Below the pieces are notes generated by a model, which did no database searches, was not told the DNA's origin, and was given only the letters and a program-made list of their open reading frames with translations. A stretch of DNA of 27,148 bases, taken from positions 1 through 27,148 of the forward strand of contig CAYVSA010000027.1 of the NCBI GenBank assembly GCA_964454175.1, read 5' to 3'. Of the stretch, positions 18,578 to 27,148 are shown in pieces. Numbering within the stretch: position 1 is the first letter of the stretch; the number at the start of each line of letters is the position of its first letter. The DNA comes from an uncultured Pseudomonadota bacterium. GTDB lineage: Bacteria; BMS3Abin14. Both the position numbers and the translations under genes were made by a program.

Positions 18578-18661
18578 CTGGATTTTGGATCTGAGACGTT
18601 GGACCTTGGACCTTGGGCGTTGGACGTTGGGCCTGGGGCGTTGGCCCCTGGACGTTGGACA
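18578..18661. repeat. Degenerate heptamer tandem repeat (about 12 x TTGGACS)
   Basis: ctggatt ttggatc tgagacg ttggacc ttggacc ttgggcg ttggacg ttgggcc tggggcg ttggccc ctggacg ttggaca. Confidence 0.85.
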
Positions 18662-18714
18662 AAAAAACGCCCCTTCCAGTTGGAAGAGGCGTTTTTTGTT
18701 GGAAGGGGCGTTTT
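18661..18714. terminator. Bidirectional terminator between ggt and ppdK, with a duplicated arm
   Basis: AAAAAAACGCCCCTTCCA-gt-TGGAAGAGGCGTTTTTT, then a second arm copy GTTGGAAGGGGCGTTTT (18698-18714). Confidence 0.8.
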
Positions 18715-21381
18715 CTAAGCGACAGAATAATCGGCGAACTTCTTGGGCTTCTTCTTCCTCAGAGTGGCCTGGGCGGCAGCCAGTCTCGCAACCGGCAGCC
18801 TGAAGGGGGAGCCGCTGACGTAGGTGAGGCCAACAAGGTAGCAGAATTCAACAGATTTGGGATCGAGCTGTTCTCCGCAGATCCCCATCTTCATGCCCGG
18901 TTTGATCTTCCTGGAGCTGTCGATGGCCATCTGCATGAGGAGGCCGACGCCCTTCTGGTCGATGGTCATGAATGGGTCATCTTCGAAAATACCCTGTTCA
19001 ACGTAAAATGGCAGGAACCTTCCCGCGTCGTCCCTGGAAAGGCCGTACAGTGTCTGAGTGAGATCGTTCGTACCGAAGGAATAAAAATCAGCCTCTGGTG
19101 CTACTGTGTGAGCAAGAAGCGCGGCCCTTGCTATCTCGATCATCGTTCCCACGTCGTACGGGATCTTGACCTTGTATTTTTTCTCAACTGCGGTGGCAAT
19201 ACGAATAGTCATCTTCCTCAATACGATCAGCTCATTAACGTCAGCTATGAGAGGGATCATGATCTCCGGGATCGCCTTAATCCCCTTCTTTGCCGACTGG
19301 CAGGCTGCCTCCATAATGGCCTGGACCTGCATCTCGTAGATCTCGGGATAGGTGATGGCGAGCCTGCATCCGCGGTGACCGAGCATGGGGTTGAACTCCC
19401 TGAGGGCCTTATTCCTCTCAGCAAGCCTCTTGTAGGGGACACCCATGTCTTTGGCGATCTCGCGAAGTTCAGCGTCTGTCTTGGGCAGGAACTCGTGAAG
19501 CGGTGGGTCCAGGAGGCGGATCGTTACTGGAAGTCCGTCCATGACCTTGAATATCTGATTGAAATCCTTCCTCTGCATGGGCAGGATCTTCTTGAGGGCC
19601 GCTCTCCTGTCGCTCTCTTCATCTGCAAGGATCATCTCACGGACCGACTGGATCCTGTCTCCTTCAAAGAACATGTGCTCTGTTCTGACAAGCCCGATAC
19701 CCTCGGCACCGAACTTGAGTGCCATGCGGGCATCGGTGGGTGTGTCTGCATTGGCCCTGACCCCAAGCTCCCTGATATTATCGGCCCACTTCATGATGGT
19801 GTTGAAATCGCCGGTCATCTCGGGAGCCACGAGTGGTACCTGACCCTTGATGACTTCGCCTGCCGTGCCGTCCAGGGTTATGAAATCACCCTCCTTGACG
19901 ATCAGGTTCCCGATGTTGAAGTTCTTTTTCTTTTCGTTGATGTTTACCGGGGTGCACCCTGCTACGCAGGGTTTACCCATGCCCCTTGCAACGACGGCTG
20001 CATGGGATGTCATACCTCCGCGGGCTGTGAGTATTCCCTGGGCCGCGTCCATACCGCCGATGTCCTCGGGGGATGTCTCAGGACGGACCAGGATCACGGG
20101 CTTGTTTTTTGCGGCTGCTTTTTCAGCGTCCTCAGCCGAGAATACCACCTTGCCTACGGCAGCTCCAGGCGAGGCCGGCAGGCCTTTGGCGATGACTTTG
20201 TAATCAGCCTTGGGGTCCATCATAGGGTGCATCATCTGCTCGAACTGGTCCGGGTCGATCCTCATGACCGCTGTTTCCTTGTCGATCATACCCTCCTTCA
20301 CCATCTGGATCGCGATCTTGAGGGAAGCCGCGGCAGTCCTCTTGCCAACTCTGGTCTGAAGCATATAGAGTTTTCCATCCTGAACGGTAAACTCGATATC
20401 CAGCATGTCCTTGTAGTGCTTCTCGAGCTTGTTGTAGATCCTGTCAAGTTCCTTATAGGCGGCCGGCAGCTGCTTTTTCATCTCCTTGATGTGGAGAGGC
20501 GTCCTGATCCCGGCAACGACATCCTCGCCCTGGGCGTTCACAAGATATTCGGCGAAGAACTGCTTCTTTCCTGTTGAGGGATCACGGGTAAAGCCGACTC
20601 CGGTGCCCGAGTTATCGCCCATGTTGCCGAAGACCATTGCCTGCACGTTACAGGCTGTTCCCAGATCGTGTGCTATGCTGTTCAGGTTCCTGTAGGTGAT
20701 TGCCCGCTCGCCGAACCAGGAGTCGAAAACTGCGTTGATGGCAAGCCTGATCTGCTGAAGAGGGTCCTTTGGGAAATTCTTGCCGGTCTCCTTGCGGTAG
20801 ATCTTCTTGAACTCGTCGGTGAGGGCCTTCAGATCGGCAGCTGTAAGATCCGTGTCTTCTTTTGCCTTCTTTTTTTTCTTCATCTTTTCGAGAGCATTTT
20901 CAAACAGCATCCTGTCAATACCCATTACCGTAGTGCCGAACATGGTAATGAGCCTTCGGAAGGTGTCCCAGGCAAAACGATCGTTTCCGGTTTTATCAAT
21001 GATAGCTTTGATCGCAGTGTCGTTAAGGCCAAGGTTGAGCACCGTATCCATCATTCCGGGCATGGAGAACTTCGAACCCGACCTTACGGACAGGAGAAGC
21101 GGATTTTTTGGGTCCCCAAGCTTCATGCCCATGGACCTCTCGATCTTTTTGAGATTTGAAACGACCTGGTCCCACATGCCCGCCGGGTACTTATTCCCTT
21201 TGTCGAAATATGCGTTGCAGGCCTCGGTTGTTATCGTAAAACCGGAGGGTACCGGGATCTTCAGGTTGGTCATGTTGGCCAGCCCGGCCCCCTTGCCGCC
21301 GAGGAGGTCCTTCATCTTCGCACTGCCGTCCGCTTTTCCGTCACCAAAATAATAGACATACTTTTTCTTTTTGCCTGCCAT
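18715..21381 (-). CDS. ppdK: Pyruvate, phosphate dikinase
   Basis: LLGGKGAGLA, SVRSGSKFSMPGMMDTVLNLG, NAQGEDVVAGIRTP, phospho-His GGMTSHAAVVARG, RLLDPPLHEFLP, EFNPMLGHRGCRL, SFGTNDLTQ, GICGE. Start ATG 21381 (MAGKKKKYVY) follows SD GGAGG. Confidence 0.97.
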   Translation of the reverse strand: MAGKKKKYVYYFGDGKADGSAKMKDLLGGKGAGLANMTNLKIPVPSGFTITTEACNAYFDKGNKYPAGMWDQVVSNLKKIERSMGMKLGDPKNPLLLSVRSGSKFSMPGMMDTVLNLGLNDTAIKAIIDKTGNDRFAWDTFRRLITMFGTTVMGIDRMLFENALEKMKKKKKAKEDTDLTAADLKALTDEFKKIYRKETGKNFPKDPLQQIRLAINAVFDSWFGERAITYRNLNSIAHDLGTACNVQAMVFGNMGDNSGTGVGFTRDPSTGKKQFFAEYLVNAQGEDVVAGIRTPLHIKEMKKQLPAAYKELDRIYNKLEKHYKDMLDIEFTVQDGKLYMLQTRVGKRTAAASLKIAIQMVKEGMIDKETAVMRIDPDQFEQMMHPMMDPKADYKVIAKGLPASPGAAVGKVVFSAEDAEKAAAKNKPVILVRPETSPEDIGGMDAAQGILTARGGMTSHAAVVARGMGKPCVAGCTPVNINEKKKNFNIGNLIVKEGDFITLDGTAGEVIKGQVPLVAPEMTGDFNTIMKWADNIRELGVRANADTPTDARMALKFGAEGIGLVRTEHMFFEGDRIQSVREMILADEESDRRAALKKILPMQRKDFNQIFKVMDGLPVTIRLLDPPLHEFLPKTDAELREIAKDMGVPYKRLAERNKALREFNPMLGHRGCRLAITYPEIYEMQVQAIMEAACQSAKKGIKAIPEIMIPLIADVNELIVLRKMTIRIATAVEKKYKVKIPYDVGTMIEIARAALLAHTVAPEADFYSFGTNDLTQTLYGLSRDDAGRFLPFYVEQGIFEDDPFMTIDQKGVGLLMQMAIDSSRKIKPGMKMGICGEQLDPKSVEFCYLVGLTYVSGSPFRLPVARLAAAQATLRKKKPKKFADYSVA

Positions 21382-21719
21382 TCTCATCCTCCCTGATCCA
21401 AGTGTTGAGTAGTCTGGAACGTCAAATTCGGCCTGTAATTCACGATTTACCCAAAATCGACACTCCGCGGTCAGAGGTGAAAACCTCTGCCAGCCTCCCC
21501 ATGATCCTGAACACAAACCGAGTTCCAGGACCTTGATCTGTACGGTATTCTTGAAGCTCCCCTCCTGCCCCCAGCAGGATTCCAAATGAGGTCGTACTCT
21601 AGCATTTATCGTCAGATAAAGCTAATGAAATCAGTGGTTTCATGGGGAAAAATGAGTATGAAGCACTGATTTTTTCGGACTGGTAAACTGCAGAAAGTCA
21701 CGTCGGCCTGAACACAGGC

Positions 21720-21748
21720 CTGATATGAACAGGTGTACCTGTTATAAT
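21720..21748 (+). promoter_or_regulatory. Possible sigma70 promoter with a palindrome in its spacer
   Basis: CTGATA, 17 bp, TATAAT (21743-21748). The palindrome AACAGGT-gt-ACCTGTT spans 21728-21743. Confidence 0.4.
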
Positions 21749-22083
21749 ACTAATAATTGGCAGGGGTTATCGGAAAATTTCATCAGGAGGGGGCATTAGT
21801 GCCTGCTGCTGGCTGGAAGTATTTCTGTTTGAGAAATTATATGGGCCAGGATGCACCTGCTGCCCGCAGTTTACGATTATAAAACGGGATTTTAATTGAC
21901 CTGTTTTATATTGTCTGGTATTCAGATATTTCTACTATGTAATTTGTTTGAGCCTTGGTTCACACTGACTGGATCCAGTTGACGCATGATTATCGGACAA
22001 GTTCAAATTCACGTTCATAAACGGCAGTTTATTTCGGTTCTCGAAGGGGTAAGGGAATCACTAACCTGGAAAAGGAGAAGAAT

Positions 22084-23328
22084 ATGAGCACAAGAGCTTT
22101 TAGGATCGCAGTTATCTTCGCTGCGGCAGTCACACTTCTTTCTGTGCCTGCTCTCACACTGGCAGCGGACAAGGTCGTCATAGGCCACGCGGCTGCCCTC
22201 TCCGGCAAGTACGCGAAGGCCGGCGAGCAGGCGGTTGGCGGAATTGAAGCCGCCGTCGACTGGGTAAACTCGAAACATAAGGGCGTCAAAGTTGGCAAGA
22301 AAAGGGTTCCTCTTGTCTACAAGAACTACGATTGCGAATCGAGGAAGGAGATGGTGAGCAGCCTTCTGGAGAGGTTGATAACTACTGACAAGGTTGACTT
22401 CACACTCTCTGCGTACAGCTCAGGCCTCACCCTGGCCGGTGCGCCGATTGCCGAAAAGTATAGCAAGATCTACATGGACCACGGCGGAGCATCTGACAAA
22501 ATATTCAGGCAGGGCTTTGAGTACGTGGTTCAGACCATCGGTCCCGGCTCGAGTTATCATGCCGGCACCCTTGACATGGTCAAGAAGATCGATCCGGGCG
22601 CCAAGAGGGTCGCGCTTGCCTATGAGGACTCCGAGTTTGCAAGGTCAGTTATGGACGGAGCCGAGGCAAAGGCCAAATCCCTGGGCTTCGATATCGTCTT
22701 CAAGAGGACCTATCCCAAGGGTGTTACCGATCTGACTCCACTCCTGTCGGATCTTAAGGCCGCCAACCCCGAGATCATTATCGGCGGCGGCCACTTCCAG
22801 GACGGGCAGCTTTTTAACAGGCAGCTCGCGGATCTGGACATCAATCCCAAGGTTCTTTCCCTGATTGCCGCAGCGACGCTGCCTGCCTTCCACGAGGCCC
22901 TGGGCGATCTGGCCGAAGGCGTCATGGGACCCTCCCACTGGGAGTACGGCGTTACTTTCTCCAAAAAGGCCGCCAAAAAGGCCAAGCTTCCATGGATAGG
23001 CCCCAGCCAGGACGAGTTTGTCGCGCTGTTCAAGAAGGCGGTTGGCAAGGATATGCTGCCTGATTATCATGCTGCCGAAGCCGGCGCTGCCGTTCTTGCT
23101 CTTGTTATGGCCGTCGAAAAATCCGGAACAGTGGATTCCGATACGGTTCGAAAGGCCCTGGGTGACCAGAAGTTCATGTCCTTTTACGGAACGTGGGATG
23201 TTGATGACACGGGCAAACAGATCGGCCACTCCATGGTGGACGTCCAGTGGCAGAACGGAGAAAGAAAGATCGTTTGGCCGTTGGCCGCCAAGACTGGCGA
23301 CGTAGCTTACCCGAAAAGGAAATTCTAA
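22084..23328 (+). CDS. HAAT/Liv-family ABC transporter substrate-binding protein
   Basis: Signal peptide, VVIGHAAALSGKYA, YDCES, SAYSSGLT, YPKGVTDLTPLL (type I periplasmic binding protein). Lies upstream of livHMGF-like genes. Confidence 0.92.
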   Translation: MSTRAFRIAVIFAAAVTLLSVPALTLAADKVVIGHAAALSGKYAKAGEQAVGGIEAAVDWVNSKHKGVKVGKKRVPLVYKNYDCESRKEMVSSLLERLITTDKVDFTLSAYSSGLTLAGAPIAEKYSKIYMDHGGASDKIFRQGFEYVVQTIGPGSSYHAGTLDMVKKIDPGAKRVALAYEDSEFARSVMDGAEAKAKSLGFDIVFKRTYPKGVTDLTPLLSDLKAANPEIIIGGGHFQDGQLFNRQLADLDINPKVLSLIAAATLPAFHEALGDLAEGVMGPSHWEYGVTFSKKAAKKAKLPWIGPSQDEFVALFKKAVGKDMLPDYHAAEAGAAVLALVMAVEKSGTVDSDTVRKALGDQKFMSFYGTWDVDDTGKQIGHSMVDVQWQNGERKIVWPLAAKTGDVAYPKRKF

Positions 23329-23419
23329 TACCGGATCGGGATAGTCACTACTTGAATATCTGTCCGCGAGAAGATCTTTTCTGATGTTCAATTGCGGGCG
23401 GGCTGTAAAATAATTTACC

Positions 23420-23458
23420 GGGCTCTTCACCTTGAACTGTAAATAAGGTGGGGAGCCC
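23420..23458 (+). other. Hairpin after the binding-protein gene (mRNA stabiliser or weak terminator)
   Basis: GGGCTCTTCACCTT/AAGGTGGGGAGCCC followed by TTCTGTT. Confidence 0.55.
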
Positions 23459-23511
23459 TTCTGTTGCTCTGTGTCTACTGACGCGGCCAGGATGAAAGAA
23501 AGGAATAGCTA

Positions 23512-24399
23512 GTGCTCTTTGAACAGATGTCCGGGAACCTCCTTCAGGGAATCATCCTGGGCGGTATTTACGGGATGGCAACAATGGGGCTTTCTCTCAT
23601 CTTTGGCGTACTGAGGATCGTCAACGTTGGGCACGGCGCGTTTATCATGGTGGGGGCCTACATTACCCTTTGGATGTTCCAGTACCTTGGTCTGGCTCCG
23701 CTCTTTGCCATACCGATCGCAATGGTGATCGGTATGCTGCTTGGTCTTTTATTCTATTTCACTGTCATCAAAAGACTCCTGAAGGCTCCGGAACTTGCCA
23801 CACTCCTCGCGACCTTTGCGATCGGGGTCATCCTCGAAGAGACCCTTAAACAGATGTTCACTTCAGAGGCGAGAGGGTTTAACTGGAAACTTGGAAAAAT
23901 AGACCTGGGCATCACTGTACTTCCCTATTCGAAGATCCTGGCTTTCGGTGGAAGCATCATTATCGCAATCCTCCTGTATGTCTGGTTCAACAAGACGCGG
24001 GCAGGAATGGCGATGAGAAGCGTGGTGGAAGATGACGAGGGTGCCAGGGTGTGCGGTGTTAATGTCGACTGGCAGTACGCACTCAGTTTTTCCCTTGGCA
24101 TCGGCCTTACTGTTACTTCAGGGGTGCTGCTCACGATGTTTATTCCGGTCGGGATCAACCCCTATATGGGCGGGAGCTATACTCTCAAAGCATTTGTTAT
24201 TGCGGTCCTGGGAGGGCTCTCTTCGCCATACGGGGCCTTTTTCGGCGGACTTGTTTTCGGACTTGTTGAGAACGGCTCCTACACCCTTTTTGCCAATATA
24301 CCCGGGGTCGAACCGTTCGCCCTCACGCGGTTTTTTTCCTTCGTCATGCTGCTGGTCATACTCCTTGTAAGACCAACGGGTATCCTGAAGGCCAAGTGA
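23512..24399 (+). CDS. livH: Branched-chain amino acid-type ABC permease
   Basis: GLSLIFGVLRIVNVGHG, TRAGMAMRSV, KAFVIAVLGGL, LLVRPTGI. Confidence 0.93.
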   Translation: MLFEQMSGNLLQGIILGGIYGMATMGLSLIFGVLRIVNVGHGAFIMVGAYITLWMFQYLGLAPLFAIPIAMVIGMLLGLLFYFTVIKRLLKAPELATLLATFAIGVILEETLKQMFTSEARGFNWKLGKIDLGITVLPYSKILAFGGSIIIAILLYVWFNKTRAGMAMRSVVEDDEGARVCGVNVDWQYALSFSLGIGLTVTSGVLLTMFIPVGINPYMGGSYTLKAFVIAVLGGLSSPYGAFFGGLVFGLVENGSYTLFANIPGVEPFALTRFFSFVMLLVILLVRPTGILKAK

Positions 24400-24418
24400 T
24401 CACAGGGGCAATTTATCC

Positions 24419-25414
24419 ATGGATAAACACACTAAATATTTACCAATAATCCCGGTGATCGCCTGCTATGCGCTGCTTTTTGCGGCGGGAATAATGTTCC
24501 CGGGCAAGTGGCAGCTCGTCTCCCAGCTTGCCTTCTACTGCGCTCTGGGTCAGGCTTTCAACATGTTCATGGGCATGACCGGATACGTCGATTTCGGCTA
24601 CGTTGCCTTCATGGGCGTCGGTACTTACGGAATGGCCATATCCATTACAGGCCTTTACGACAAGGGCCTGGGCGTTGGGATAATTATCATCGGGCTTCTG
24701 ATGGCTGCTCTTTTCTCCACACTTCTCTCACTGGCAGTCGGGGCTGTGGCCCTGCGTCTCCGGGGAGCATACTTTGCTATCGCGACCATAGGGGTTAACG
24801 AAGGGTTCCGTTATCTTATTGAGGGTGCGCGGATCTGGAACGGTGCAGACGGGATCATTTTTTCCAGGCACATGAAAACAGCCTTTGGCCGGGAAGCCGC
24901 TATGGCTATCTCCACCTTCTGGGCAGAAGTGCTTATTTTCGCTGTCGCACTTGGTGCTGCGATCTTGACCCTGATCTTTATCAGGAACAAGGTCGGTTAT
25001 GCCCTGACTGCGTTAAGGGAGGATGAAGACGCGGCTAAGGTAATGGGCATTAACGTGACCAAGTACAAAATTATAGCATTCATAAGCAGCGCAGTATTTG
25101 CGGGTCTGCTCGGGGCAACTGCCTGGGCGCTGGAACTTACATATGTGTATCCTGATGATGTATTCGAGATTCATTACACAGTTGAAGCGATAATCATAGT
25201 GCTCCTCGGCGGTGCCGGTACTCTGACCGGACCGGTGGTTGGGGGCTTGATATATGGGCTGACAAAATACTACCTGGCGATCACTTTACCGGGCTTCCAA
25301 CTGCTCATATTCGCACCGCTGATTATTGCCATTATTATTCTTTTCCCGGAGGGGACCGTGGGGATGTTGAAGTCTAAGTGCCGCGGGACGGTTCTGGAAA
25401 AGTATATTATCTGA
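24419..25414 (+). CDS. livM: Branched-chain amino acid-type ABC permease
   Basis: GMTGYVDFG, LRLRGAYFAIAT, ALREDEDAAKVMGIN, LLGGAGTLTGPVVG. Confidence 0.93.
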   Translation: MDKHTKYLPIIPVIACYALLFAAGIMFPGKWQLVSQLAFYCALGQAFNMFMGMTGYVDFGYVAFMGVGTYGMAISITGLYDKGLGVGIIIIGLLMAALFSTLLSLAVGAVALRLRGAYFAIATIGVNEGFRYLIEGARIWNGADGIIFSRHMKTAFGREAAMAISTFWAEVLIFAVALGAAILTLIFIRNKVGYALTALREDEDAAKVMGINVTKYKIIAFISSAVFAGLLGATAWALELTYVYPDDVFEIHYTVEAIIIVLLGGAGTLTGPVVGGLIYGLTKYYLAITLPGFQLLIFAPLIIAIIILFPEGTVGMLKSKCRGTVLEKYII

Positions 25415-25422
25415 GGTGATCC

Positions 25423-26172
25423 ATGCCCCTGCTCAAACTTGAGAATGTTACTAAACGGTTTGGCGGCCTGGTGGCTGTTGACGGTATATCCATGGAGATC
25501 GCCCAAGGTGAGATCATGGCCATTGTCGGACCAAATGGTGCAGGAAAAACCACATTATTCAATCTTATCAACGGTGTTTACCCCATCGACGAGGGCAGGA
25601 TAATCTTCGAGGACCTTGACGTCACCGGTTTTCCCGCTTTCAAAAGAGCTCACCTCGGTATCGGGCGCACATTTCAGATACCGCGCCCTTTTGCCTCTGC
25701 AACAGTCCAGGAAAATATTGCTATCGGAGCAATGTTCGGCGCTCAGGGCAGCGAAATCAATGTAAAAAAATCAATGGAGATGGCAGACCACTACATAGAG
25801 CTGATCGGCCTTTCCGCACACCGCGATAAGCCAGCCGGCGGACTGACTCCCATTGAAAAGAAAATGGTTGAGATCGCAAGAGCACTTGCAATGCGGCCGC
25901 GGCTTCTGCTGATGGATGAGGCAATGGCGGGTATGAACCCGAAGGATATTGACGACATGATGGATTTCATCCGTCATATCAGGAACACGGAGGGGATAGC
26001 AATAATTTCCATGGTTGAGCACATAATGAGGGCTGTGGCCGGACTGGCCGAAAGGGTCCTGGTCATGCACCAGGGAGCCAAGCTTGTTGATGAGCCGACA
26101 CAGGAAGCTTTATCCGATCCCAGGGTCATAGAAGTTTACCTGGGACGTCCGGTGGAGGAGCATGATGCTTAA
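25423..26172 (+). CDS. livG: ABC ATP-binding subunit
   Basis: KRFGGLVAV, GPNGAGKTT, RTFQ, LLLMDEAMAG, VEH, DPRVIEVYLG. Confidence 0.94.
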   Translation: MPLLKLENVTKRFGGLVAVDGISMEIAQGEIMAIVGPNGAGKTTLFNLINGVYPIDEGRIIFEDLDVTGFPAFKRAHLGIGRTFQIPRPFASATVQENIAIGAMFGAQGSEINVKKSMEMADHYIELIGLSAHRDKPAGGLTPIEKKMVEIARALAMRPRLLLMDEAMAGMNPKDIDDMMDFIRHIRNTEGIAIISMVEHIMRAVAGLAERVLVMHQGAKLVDEPTQEALSDPRVIEVYLGRPVEEHDA

Positions 26173-26872
26173 GGTTCAGAAACTGGAATCAGGGTATGGC
26201 CCCATGCAGGTCCTCTGGGGTCCTGATATGGAGGTGAAGAAGGGAACTATCACCTCTGTGCTGGGTCCCAACGGTGCCGGTAAATCGACAATGCTCTGGA
26301 CTATCCTGGGTTCCGTGTTGCCCCGTGGCGGCACCATTATCTTTGAAGATGACGACATCACAGCTCTTGCACCTCACAAGAAGGTCGAACGGGGAATAAC
26401 TCTCGTTCCCGAAGGTAAACATCTGTTCAAGGAGATGACGGTTTATGAGAACCTGATGATGGGGGCTTATCTCAAAGAAAACATGGCCAAAAGAGATGAG
26501 ACCATCGAGCTTGTGTATAAACTCTTCCCGATCCTGAAGGAGAGGGCAAAGCAGATTTCGGGTACTATGTCCGGGGGACAGCAGCAGATGGTAACCATCG
26601 GAAGGGCGCTCATGACCAGGCCCAAACTTATTATGCTGGATGAGCCAAGTCAGGGTCTTGCTCCAAAGCTTGTAATGGAAGTTTTCGAGACAATAGTGAA
26701 GATGAAAGATGAGGTTGGACTTACCATCCTGCTTGTGGAGCAGAACTCGGCCGCATCCCTTGATGCAGCTGATTACGTCTACGTCATGCACGAGGGATCC
26801 ATCAAGGCAGAGGGCACTCCGGATATCATCAAACAGTCAGATGAGATCAGAGAGGCTTTCCTCGGTCTTTAA
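26165..26872 (+). CDS. livF: ABC ATP-binding subunit
   Basis: GPNGAGKST, LVPEGK, MSGGQQQM, LDEPSQGLAP, LLVEQN. SD spacing favours ATG 26165 over 26162. Confidence 0.94.
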   Translation: MLKVQKLESGYGPMQVLWGPDMEVKKGTITSVLGPNGAGKSTMLWTILGSVLPRGGTIIFEDDDITALAPHKKVERGITLVPEGKHLFKEMTVYENLMMGAYLKENMAKRDETIELVYKLFPILKERAKQISGTMSGGQQQMVTIGRALMTRPKLIMLDEPSQGLAPKLVMEVFETIVKMKDEVGLTILLVEQNSAASLDAADYVYVMHEGSIKAEGTPDIIKQSDEIREAFLGL

Positions 26873-26917
26873 CCATTTTTTCCGCCTGATACCCAGATCC
26901 TGAATTTTAATTATGAG

Positions 26918-26957
26918 TGCACATGGTTGTGTGCAGTGCTGCACACGATCGTGTGCA
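26918..26957. promoter_or_regulatory. Tandem enhancer-like palindromes (bEBP/NtrC-family UAS)
   Basis: TGCACATGGTTGTGTGCA (26918-26935) and TGCACACGATCGTGTGCA (26940-26957), 22 bp centre to centre. Confidence 0.7.
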
Positions 26958-27031
26958 GTAATCCCAGTTTCTGATTCCGGTAAAAAATATATAAGCTTTA
27001 AAAAACAGTAGGTTACAAAATAATGCGGCAT

Positions 27032-27047
27032 TGGCTCGATTTTTGCT
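27032..27047 (+). promoter_or_regulatory. Sigma54 (-24/-12) promoter for a gene beyond the window end
   Basis: TGGCTCG-ATTT-TTGCT with GG-N10-GC spacing. An IHF-like site AAACAGTAGGTTA (27003-27015) sits in the AT-rich stretch between it and the palindromes. Confidence 0.8.
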
Positions 27048-27148
27048 AATTAAACACCGGTTAGTTGCGTTTTGCCCGAAGCGACATCTGTGGTCTTGCT
27101 CGAGAGTTGGTCAGCGGCTGCCCGGATCGGTAGTCGTGTGGGCCGGGA

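Noticed and set aside
18578-18661. CRISPR array
   Set aside because: Units are 7 nt with no unique spacers, and no cas genes are in the window.
18613-20577. 654-aa ORF antisense to ppdK
   Set aside because: It is a codon-register mirror of a conserved gene, has no recognisable domain, and begins in the heptamer repeat and terminator. Codon bias of the real gene explains it.
21382-21585. 68-aa N-terminal extension of PpdK
   Set aside because: No PPDK similarity, and a good SD precedes ATG 21381.
22645-23430. 261-aa antisense ORF and the other shadow ORFs across the window
   Set aside because: They overlap well-supported genes on the opposite strand or frame and show no protein motifs.

Overview
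Bacterial chromosomal window, probably from an anaerobe: it encodes a ferredoxin-dependent oxidoreductase and has a sigma54/IHF-type promoter. From 5' to 3' it holds the end of a GNAT gene, short intergenic repeats, then a TPP riboswitch with thiC-usp-pckG. Next is a FadR-operator-controlled cluster: a CDC48/p97-like AAA+ ATPase, a FadR-family regulator, a four-subunit 2-oxoacid:ferredoxin oxidoreductase and a tripartite tricarboxylate transporter (TctCBA). The oxidoreductase carries the oxalate-oxidoreductase (OOR) active-site signature (YPIRP, R109, D116, Q211). An IT/SLC13-type anion permease, a GGT-family Ntn hydrolase, a convergent ppdK with a non-canonical C-terminal active-site loop and a Liv-type ABC transporter follow. 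The window ends in a sigma54 promoter with tandem enhancer palindromes. The most interesting system is a putative anaerobic oxalate (possibly oxamate) catabolic module: OOR plus a co-regulated Cdc48-like unfoldase and TTT uptake, with thiamine synthesis and PEP-forming enzymes alongside. All homology calls come from recognised motifs and recall, not from database searches.
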